64,000 nt of DNA from Lama guanicoe (taxonomy: Eukaryota): assembly GCA_013239625.1 (NCBI GenBank), contig MU054194.1, positions 5,880 through 69,879 of the forward strand, given 5' to 3'. Shown here piece by piece: positions 54,509 through 64,000 of this stretch. The notes under the pieces were generated by a model that saw nothing but the letters and a program-made list of their open reading frames with translations, searched no databases and was not told the DNA's origin. A program made the position numbers and the translations under genes. Numbering within the stretch: the first letter of the stretch is position 1; every line of letters starts with the position of its first letter.

Positions 54509-55135
54509 TTCTTAAGAAACAAGATCATATATACTCTGCCTCTACTAAAATCTCTGGTCCTTTCCCTGAAGGGACCCAGGGTCTAATCATAGGCTGCTCA
54601 GACATATCACAGCAAGGCATTCTAGTTTTACCTCAATCACTTCATTCTAACTTTGCTGTTGAAGTGAAAGTGCTTTTACAATCGTTCGGACTTCATGTCC
54701 TCTCTCCGGAAACTCAGCCTGCCAAACTTCTGCTCCTTCCCCTTAAAGGGACATTTGCCAGCTCTATAACTAGTCATCCTTTAGCTATGGCAGGCCTTTA
54801 CTGGACAAAAAGGATTCAGTCTCAACAGCCTCTTTTACCAGTAAATCTAAATGGCATAACTAATCATGGATTATTAGATACAGAGGCAGATGTTTCTGTT
54901 ATCCTGCAACACGAGTGGCCTCCTCCATGGGAAAAATCTGTAGGCCAATCAGTCATTACTGGTGTTGGGGAACAAATCTGCCAATGCAAAGTAAAAATTC
55001 TCTCAAATGCACAGGCCCTGAGGGGCAAGTCGCTTATATCCAACCCTTTATGTTACCCATTCCAGTCTCCCTCTGGGGTAGAGACTTTTTGAAACAATGG
55101 AAAGTCATTATACAGACTTTTGGGCAAGGGCCACT
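54340..55135 (+). pseudogene. pro: dUTPase-protease
   Basis: Slippery-like AGGAAAC at 54340-54346; dUTPase remnants SASAVDL...GPFPEGTQGLIIG; protease GLLDTEADVS (DTG changed to DTE) and LWGRDFLKQW; one frameshift. Confidence 0.9.
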
Positions 55136-57650
55136 GCTAAGATACCTCCCCTTCCACTGGTCTGGACTTCATCCACACCCATTTGGATTGAGCAGTGGCC
55201 CCTGAAAGGGGAGCATCTCTCTGAAGCAAAATTATCAGTTCAGGAACAATTGGCTATGAGTCCATGGAATACGCCTATATTCACCATTCCAAAAAAGTCA
55301 GGCAAATGGAGATTAATACAAGACTTAAGAGCTATTAATGAAATCATTCAACTGATGGGGGACTTACAGCTGGGTCTCCCTAACCCTTCCGTGTTTCCTT
55401 CTGATTGGCCCTTAGTTGTAATTGACTTAAAAGACTGCTTTTTTTTTTTTTACCATTCCTTTAGCTGAATAAGACAGAGAACATTTTGCTTTCTCTCTAC
55501 CTACTGTAAATAATCAAGCCCTTCTTTCACATTTCCAGTGGTGAGTTCTTCCACAAGGGATGATTAATAGCCCAACATCTTTCAATATTTTGTTCCTCAA
55601 GCTCTACTTCCAACTTGCTCTCAACATCCTGCTTGTCTAATTTGTCATTATATGGATGGCATTCTTTTAGCAGCTCCTTTGCAGACACAACTACTCTCCG
55701 CTTATAAATTTCTACAATCCTATTTGGCTTCCTTTGGTTTAAAGATAGTTCCAGATAAAGTACAAATTGAACAGCCTTGGAAATATCTAGGTTACATTGT
55801 TTTCCACCGAACTGTCTGGCCTCAACCTATTCACTTACAGACAGAAAACCTACAAACTCTTAATGATTTTCAAAAATTTCTCGGGGCCATTAACTGGATT
55901 TGTCCAGTTCTTGGCATCCTTACAAGTCAATTATCTCATTTGCTTAATACTTTGAAAGGGAACCCTGCTTTGGACTCCCCACAAGCACTAACTCCAGAAG
56001 CTTTACAAGAAGTCACACTTGTGGAGCAAGTCTTGTTGCAAAAGCAGCTTTCTGGTCAACAAATTGGAAACCCTGCTTATCTATTTCTTGTTCCAACCCT
56101 TCACACTCCCACAGGTATCTTGGGACAGCTGATTAATGGATTAAATTGCCTTGAATGGCTTTTCCTACATCATCCCTTTAAAAAAACTTTAACAGCTTTT
56201 ACTCAACAGCTTACAAATTTGTTCTTCAAATGACTTCACTGTCAACAACTAACTGGTTATGATCCTGATGTTATCTTCCCTGGAATTTCACTGGAAAACT
56301 AACCATATAGTCTCACAATCTTTGGGATTTCAGACAGCTTTGGCTGACTTCATGGGACAATTTACTTACTCTTTGCCCTCAGATAAACTCTTACAACAAT
56401 TACCTTTACTCAATATCACTTTACCCTCTAAGGTAATACATTCCCCTATTCCAGGTGCTCTTACAGTCTTTATTGATGGTTCTGGAAAAAACAACTAAAT
56501 CAGTCATTGTATGGTTTGATAAAAACTGGAAAAAGTTTGTCACTTCAGGGCAGCCTCTACCCAGAGGGCTGAACTGAAAGTTGCCATTATGGCTTTACAA
56601 CACTTTTCTTCCCAACCCCTCAATATGGTTGCTGACTCACAGATTTATGTAGTGCAGCATATAGAGGAAGCTATTGTCAAGGACTTAAATAATCAAAACC
56701 TACTTTCCCTTTTCCTTTCTCTTTAATCCCTCATTGATAAGTGACAATATCCTTTATTTATCACCCATATTTGCTCTCATAGTAATCTGCCTGGTCCTTT
56801 GACATTAGGAAATGAAATTGCTGATCAATTTGTTGGCTTTAGCCAGGCCTCTAAGGCTATGCAACATTCTCATGAGTTTTCTCACCTAAATTATAAATCC
56901 CTCATCAAACAATTTCATCTCACCAAGGCACAGGCTAAGCAAATCATTGCTGCCTGTCCTGACTGTCAATGAATAGCCAGCAGTCAACCATCAAGGGGCA
57001 TCAACCCCAGAGGCTTCTCCTCTAATCAGGTATGGCAAATGGACATCACGCAAGTCCCCTTCTTTGGAAAATTGAAATATCTACAGGTCTCCATTGATAC
57101 TTTTTCTCATTTTGTCTCAGCCTCCCTGCATACCGGGAAACAAACTAAATATATTATCAAACATCTCCTTCTCTCTTTTGCCTATATGGGTAAGCCTCAA
57201 CAGATTAAGATGGACAATGGTCCTGGCTATACATCTCAAAAATTTAAACTATTCTGTCAAGATTGGAAAGTTTAACATATTACTGGAATTCCTTATAATC
57301 CCACAAGTCAGGCCATTTTTGAACAGTCTCATTGTACCTTAAAACAATTGTTAAAACAAAAAAGGGGGATCCCACCAGGGACACCCCCAGCAGAATCTTT
57401 GAATAAAGCATTGTACACCCTTAATTTTCTTAACTGTGATGCCAAAGGTTTATCAGCAGAAGAAAGACACTTTATGCAGCATTCAGAGGATAGCCCAAAA
57501 GCTAAAGTTCTTATCAAAGATATAGCCATAGAGTCACCAAACTAGGAGGGCCCTTTTGAATTGCTAACCTGTGGGTGAGGCTATGCTTGTGTTCTTTCTC
57601 CTTCAGGCCTCAGGTGGCTACCTGTTCATCATGTCAAACCCTTTATCAAG
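55115..57650 (+). pseudogene. pol: Pol: RT, RNase H and integrase
   Basis: WIEQWPL; SPWNTPIFTIPKKSGKWRLIQDLRAIN; IDLKDCFF; LPQGMINSP; HYMDG at 55646-55660 (YMDD mutated); FIDGS; integrase H..H...CPDC, WQMDIT and DNGPGY. Confidence 0.95.
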
Positions 57651-57752
57651 CCATCCCATGGATTGGGGCAACCAGAGACACCTGACTCTAGACCTGCAGC
57701 TCACAGAGGGAATAAAAAATCTAAATCAGAAAGGACAACAAAGATCAAAGCC

Positions 57753-58705
57753 AATGAAGCCAACAGGATCAAGCCCTGCAAAATGGAAAAGACAGATTGA
57801 CTCTGCAACACCCTGGATAGCAGCCTCCACCCGGGAAGCAATTAACATAACTTGGGGCCAGATAAAGAAATTAGATTCTCAGGCCACTAAGGTCCTGAGG
57901 GAGGCAAAATTGCCTCACACTCCAAAATACAGGTTTCTGGCATATCAAGTAGTAATTTCTCATACATCAGCTCAGGTATTGTTGTTTCTTTTACTCTTTC
58001 TGTCGCTTCCTTTAATGACAGGGGGCCCATCTGTACTGGGCCCATATTATTGACCCTCCAGTTTCCGGCCAGTCACTTGGTGGGATGCAGACCCCCTACT
58101 CAGCACTAACCATACTCAATGGACTGGAGGAGTCTGGCTTGCTCCTCAGAGTCACCTGTTAGAAAATCGTGATTGGATGATGCTAAATAAAACTGCTTCT
58201 TTTGTCTCCTCTTCCCCCTCCTCCACCCGATTTGTGTGTCTGATGTCACTTCATCCTTTTGCTTACATGGTAAAACCTGTACTTATTAGTACTGTTTACC
58301 CAAGACTGGCACAAAACATGCTAATTTAACTTTCATTTTTACTGCAGCTTTTGACATTAATCAAACAACTTCTGCAGCCTTTCCTCTGCCTGTTGCTCAT
58401 TGTCATATGTCTAAAGGATGGAGTCCTCATAGTCAATCCATCTCTTGGGTCCCTTGCAGGGCACCCAATCCCCGTGGAGCCTGACTTTTTAACTATAGAG
58501 CCTAAGATTGGGGCCAAACGGATATTTTTCTGCTAATCATATTCATATTGGATTTGGCCTTCTGGCCACCTCCCAAGTAGCCTGGACGGATGGGGGACTC
58601 TGGGCATATTTTATGCCTCTCTAACGCTCATGCTTATAGTCCCTGACACATTAATCTCTGGCTCATTGTTTTGCCTTTCCTTCCCAGGACTCTATCACAT
58701 GGTAT
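57753..58705 (+). pseudogene. env: Env N-terminal part (long leader/signal peptide and start of SU), truncated
   Basis: ITWGQIKKL...A...L motif typical of class II env leaders, followed by hydrophobic VLLFLLLFLSLPL and a P..RPVTWWD-like SU start; start position approximate. Confidence 0.75.
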
Positions 58706-59197
58706 TGTGAATGAAAATACTGCATTGTGAGTGAAAATACTGCAACCATATCAGTAAACAAAGAATGCTGACACCAAGTAATCAGTAGCTGTCACCACCC
58801 CCCAGTGCAGACAGGCCTGTAGCCCAGCCTCTGCAGCCACTCACAATGGTGCACCCTGAGCGGACCCAGAATAAGAAAGGACAGGATACTGGCCCTAGAT
58901 AGCTAGGTGCTTGTCAAAGGAATGGATTCAATGAGCCCAAATGTTTGCTTCCTCCCATACATAGAAAAGCACTAAATTCTTTAACTTGAGATGCCTGGTT
59001 TTCTTTGGATAACAAGTAATATTTTATTGTTCCAACTACCTGGTCTTTGTTGTAAAGCTCCTATATATCCTAGCTCCTCCCCTACCTCTTCAGAGTAGTC
59101 CCTCAGAGCGATCTGAGAGGCTGTCATCCTGGTTCGAGTCCTCCCACCAAATAAAACATAACTTAACTTTTAGGCTGCGTGTTTATTTCAGTTGACA
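58706..59197 (+). mobile_element. 5' LTR of a second ERV-like element
   Basis: TG (58706 or 58726)...CA (59197); TATATA at 59062-59067; AATAAA at 59150-59155; a PBS follows. Confidence 0.88.
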
Positions 59198-59201
59198 GTT
59201 T

Positions 59202-59219
59202 TGGCTACCACGAAGGGAC
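59202..59219 (+). promoter_or_regulatory. Primer-binding site, tRNA-Arg type
   Basis: TGGCTACCACGAAGGGAC matches 17/18 to TGGCGACCACGAAGGGAC, the complement of a tRNA-Arg(TCG) 3' end recalled from memory. Confidence 0.75.
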
Positions 59220-60074
59220 CCAGAGCAGACTTCTCTTCTTCGCCTGAACTCTACGAGGAACCGGAGCCCTGCTACCAGCAGTGGCCCTTTGTTCCCATCC
59301 TCCTCCTCGCGGAGTCCAGATGAATTTGAGTGGGTCTCTCCTGGTTCCCAGATCTCCCATATTGGTTGATGATCCTGAGTTTTATTTTGCAGTGTATCCA
59401 GGTACCTGGCCCTCCAGTTGAGGAATACTGGGGGGAAATACCCACCCAGTGGACACATGCTGGGTGGGGTCTGGTTGAAAGATACCAGGAAATACCCACT
59501 CAGTGGAGACGTCCCAAGTGGGGCCCAGTTGAAATATACTGGGGTCTGAACTGAGTGGTTAGGTAAGAAGCTGGTCTAAGGCTTTCCTCAATTTGGCTAC
59601 CTCCATTAACTTTGTCAGGATAAAAGTAAAACTCTTATGAGAAACCTTTCATCTCCAAAAATGGGACCCTCCTCCTGGCTGGTAACAGCTTTCTCGGGTG
59701 ACTGAGAAACTTGCAGAAGTGGTAGAAGCAAAGGCCTCATACCATGCAGTTGTCCCTGCTGGAAAACCTACTACCAGTTTTATTCTGACAACCCGACCTT
59801 AAAATGGGGAATAGAACTTTCAAAACAGAAGAAAAAGAAACGACAGACTGCCAGCCTCCAACTAATAATCCAGCCAGGTTTATTTACGTACAAAACTTAC
59901 AACTTTAATTGGGAATTTAAAAAACAATCTCACACTGAAAGTAACTAGCCAGGCCTGATAAAACATTTTTTGGAATTCTGACCTTATAAAAACAAAAGCC
60001 CCTTTAGGGGGAACTTGGATTTCTCTTCCTGTGTCCTTGAGATGTAGATGTTTTGTCCTTCTCTGGGTGTTTCA

Positions 60075-60080
60075 TGTGTG

Positions 60081-60115
<35 letters not shown>
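60075..60115. repeat. (TG)n microsatellite
   Basis: Seen directly. Confidence 0.95.
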
Positions 60116-63100
60116 ATGTATATATGTGTTTCCTTTTATTTAAAGGAAGGCTTGGACTCTGCCATGCAAAGGGTACAAGTATTGTGTGCATGTGGCAGCC
60201 AAGCAAATAAATTGAGATTCTTGGCTGCTCTTTGATTGTATCAATTCTCAGGCATTTTGCTATTTTGACCTTTGTTGCATCAGCCTGGGCCACAAAGGCC
60301 TTTACCTTTTGGGGAGTAAACTTGAATTTTATTTAGGCAACACCCCCACTCTCATGTGGAAAGGCCTCTTTATCTTATTGGTTTAAAATCACTATATATA
60401 TATTAATTGATCGCCATATGATGGATCCTTTAATTTGGAAAAAACTTCTAAATTGGTGAAAGTTAAGAGAGCTGTCATTATAAACAGCTGTTTTATTGGT
60501 ACCTATTGAAATCAATCAAGTTTAAAGGTGGAAAAATATATCTAATGGTTAACCTAAGAACTTAGTTTAAAAGAGGGAAAAGACCAGCTTGGAAAGCTAC
60601 ATTTGTCTTTTCCCTTTCCCCTCAATGGTTTTAGAGATGCTAATTAAAACATTAGATTATTTAATGTTAATTAGATTGAGTAACTAAAAAAAAGAATGTA
60701 AAAATGTCAAAAGATTATTTCTTAATGAGAAAAAAATAAGGGACTTATCCCAAATGGATAAATATTTTTAGATGGTTATTGAATGGGATAAATAAAATGG
60801 ACATTTTTGGATTAAGATACAAGGTTTTGATACTACACTATGTAAAGTTAAAAAAAGAAAAAAGGCCTAAGAGATCACCTACTGGTCCCCAACATTAAAG
60901 TTCAAACAAGTCCACTTTAAACAAGTCCCCAGTTTAAAATGTATATATTTATAGGGCTGGAAAAAAATATGTATAGACTGAGATACTTGATCAGTGATTG
61001 GGGCAACAGACCAATTAATCAAATGAAAATTTACAAAGGCCTAAGTCCTTTGGCTCAAACTTGGCGATCCCAGAGACTTTTATATAAAATTAGATAAAGT
61101 AGACAAGAAATTTAAAAAAAAAAAGCATTCTGACACTCCTTCTAAAAATAAGAAATATTGATTAGACCTAATGAATATTAAAATTAAAGGTCTAAGAGTT
61201 AATAAAATTGAGACAAAAATTTGTAAAATTGGTATATTTAAGTGGGCTTTATATAAACCTCTTTTGCTTAATTATGTTGTGGGATAGATATGTTTCAATG
61301 GAAAAACGCTTCCCCTTCTTGGTATTTGTAAGGCTGGGCACATATCTGTCCCTCAGAAAATATTAATTAAACAAACTAAAGGAAACCAATAGAGTTGCCT
61401 AAGCCATCCAATATAAAGTAAAACTAAAAACTAATATTCAGGGGCTAAAAAAAAATAAGAGATTTACCCTGGGTTTAACTTATAACTCAAGGAAAAGAAA
61501 TCTTACTTAATGCCTTCTGCAAGCTTTTGAAGACATGATAAATTAAACCTTAAAGTTTTAAAACATGGAATTCTTTGTTTACAGCTCTTCTCACTGATAC
61601 AGAAAAGCAAATTAAGGAGATACAATTGGGCCTAAGTGACAAACCAGTTCTTTGGGGAACTGGAAGAGACTGTCTTTGTCTTGAAGATCAGAAAAGTAAA
61701 TACAACAAACAATGACCTAGGACTGAGCCTAATTAGCTCAAGGAGATAAAACTTAAGGCCAAAGAAAGTTTTGGTATTTTAAAACTCAGAACTCTGACGG
61801 GTCCTTCAGATTTTGTCAAGAAATCTTAAATGTCTTTTTCATAAATAGTAAGCCTTAGTGATTTGAGCAAGCAAATTCACCTTACTCCAGCTGTTACTTA
61901 TAAACAGTAAATTTATATTGTAATACCTAACGCCTAAGTAAGTTTTAAAGTGAAGCTATGAGATCTCTAGCTTTTGTCTGTTTATAAGTCTGTGTACACA
62001 TTATAGATATGAGATATTTCTATGGCTTAAAAAAAATCAAAGTCAAAGAGCTTTGCTTAATTGATGTAAAAATAAGAGCTTACAAATTAATTTTTTTTTA
62101 AAAAATAAAAACTGACCAAATTGACTTTCAGGTTCACATGAACTGGAAAATATTTAATATTAAAGTAATGCTTGGTATTAAGTTTAGTTTAAGTTCATTC
62201 TAATTAATAAAGACATATTTAGAGTCATCAATTTTAAGTATAATACCCTTACTGTACCTAGGTTTAATGAAAGTCAAGTAAGATCCTGTTATATCTGTTG
62301 CAGATTTGCCAAAAAAAGAAAATAATAGTAATGTGGTGTGATCAAATTCTAAGTAAGTTAAATGAAAATGAGATGAGACATTTTGGGTAAATTCTTCAAA
62401 AATATATTTTTAAAAATGTATGCGTAAAATAATCTCTAAATATTTGGTATCTTTTAATTCTAGAGTTATGCTAAATTAAGTTAAATGATGGGAGTTTATT
62501 AAATAGCTATGCCATTTTCAGATAAAATAAGATTGAAATATTACTTACTTAACATTTGACTTCCTCTTACAGAGAAACTAAAGGTGTTTAAAAATATTAA
62601 TAAATGGTTGGCGCCACCCTGAAATATTCTCTACTATTAAGGGAAACATTTCAGTATCTTGGAAAATAAGGTGAATGTGTAAAGGAAGATATAAGGAATG
62701 GAATTGTATTTTGTTAATGGAAAATAGTAATTTTGTCCTGAAGCTGGTTACTTCTGAATGAAAGAGAAAATAAGGGACAAAGTAATATGAGTATAGAAAG
62801 TTGTGGAAGGCTTGTGGAAGAGGAAACCTGAGGAAATAATTTTGTACATGGTCGGGATTGGCTAAGTTTAGAATAAATTTGGTCAAAGTAAATGAATCTT
62901 ACAAGTAACCCTGTAAAAGACTAGATTCGGTTTTCTCTTTGTTAAATGGACAAAGTTTTCTTAAAATGTTAATCTCCCTTCAGTAACAGATTGTAAACTA
63001 CTTATACTCCTTAAGTGATCTGTTCTGCCTTTACCTTTGAAATAATTTCTTGTTAACGAATAAGTATTATTTTACAGTGATCTATACTTTTATCTGACCA

Positions 63101-64000
63101 AGTGTTTTGAAATCTTTTAACAAGTTTCCCAAATATCAATTTCCGATTAAAGTTCTTTTAATCTCCAGTTAAATTTGGGATACTACAGAGGGCCCCTGAA
63201 ACATCCCAAAGAGAGATTTTAAAGTAGTAAGTTTCATTTGGTATGTTAAATAACATGGGAAGTATTGTCAAATGAATAATAAATCTTCCTAGGTTATATT
63301 GTATGAGAAAATATTATTAATATAGTTATTATAGAATTTATATGGACTCCCTAAAATTCTAATATGTTTGAAATTTTACCAGTCATAATTCTGGTTATTG
63401 TGACCAGATTTCTTTATCGATTACAGTGTAATGGTGTTTAACCATGCTTTTAAATCTTTTTGTCATTTATAGATAGTTATTGTTTTATTCTGATGATTTT
63501 ACAAAATGCTTTCTTTTCAAGGAGATTTACTGGTTTCTAATAAATTTCAAACTACAGCACAGAACTAAACTTGGTAAGAAATTTTAAAGTTCTAATGAAA
63601 ACTCTGATTTCATAACACTTTTAACAAAAGGATTAGTTACATGGGACTGAGTAAACTGATGAATATGGTTACAATTTTTGATTTTGTTTGAAATATTACT
63701 GGCTTTAATCTGTTTCCCAGACATGAAGAAACTCTTCTCTTTAAGCTAGTTATGACCCACAGCAATTTGTTGAGTTATACCTATGTAAGCAGACTTGGAA
63801 CAGTTATCTTTTCTCTCTATCTGATCCCTCCAGAGACTAAAAACTCTTAGATCCCCAGTGGCTCTATCAGATAAATTAAAAAGAACACCTCCTAACAGAT
63901 ATAGGAATCTCAAGGTATTTTAAGGACCTTAAAGAGAAAACAATTTACCTAAATCTGTAAGGCAAAAATCTATGACAACTCCTTGACGTGGCTTTCCTGG

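Larger units (their letters stand above)
53204..58705 (+). mobile_element. Decayed betaretrovirus-like (ERV-K/class II) provirus lacking 5' LTR, PBS and MA; env cut by a later LTR element
   Basis: Ordered gag, dUTPase/pro, pol and env remnants carrying betaretroviral motifs (see sub-features). Confidence 0.95.
59198..64000 (+). mobile_element. Internal region of a non-autonomous/decayed LTR element, AT-rich and running off the window
   Basis: Follows the LTR and PBS; leader hairpins; splice donor AG|GTAAGA at 59561-59568; no long ORF; gag/pro remnants at 60760-61410. Confidence 0.75.

Noticed and set aside
59414..59543. Repeat-spacer-like pattern resembling CRISPR
   Set aside because: Mammalian retroviral leader; the 'spacers' are homologous to each other and no cas genes are present
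59803..59860. ATG GGG (MGNRTF...) as a myristoylated gag start
   Set aside because: The frame closes within a few dozen codons; too little support

Overview
Mammalian genomic DNA that is almost entirely retroelement-derived. I see no host gene, RNA gene or intact retroelement ORF. The young L1 3' ends resemble camelid L1 ends as I recall them, which is an inference and not a database result. Positions 1-53200 are a stack of LINE-1 copies nested inside each other, with many junctions fixed by visible target-site duplications (TSDs). The stack includes four full-length copies (10135-17370 minus; 18387-25454, 34614-51051 and 37315-45230 plus), a MaLR (MLT1-type) element, a class I solo LTR and several short L1 3' fragments. 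Positions 53204-58705 are a 5'-truncated, decayed betaretrovirus-like (ERV-K/class II) provirus: gag, dUTPase/pro, pol and partial env. From 58706 to the end is a second LTR element with a tRNA-Arg primer-binding site, a structured leader with GACG/GACA stem-loops, and an AT-rich body containing class III (ERV-L-like) gag/pro remnants. The most notable observations are: (1) a 2-kb TSD-flanked insert that fits an L1 3' transduction with twin-priming inversion; (2) the apparently class I/class III chimeric ERV; (3) an antisense ORF plus splice-donor motif at the L1 5' end that recurs across copies and resembles primate ORF0; (4) a near-perfect 600-bp tandem duplication; (5) a doubled L1 3' end made of two subfamily variants. 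None of these demonstrates a new functional system; they are testable candidates. Boundaries without a stated TSD are approximate.
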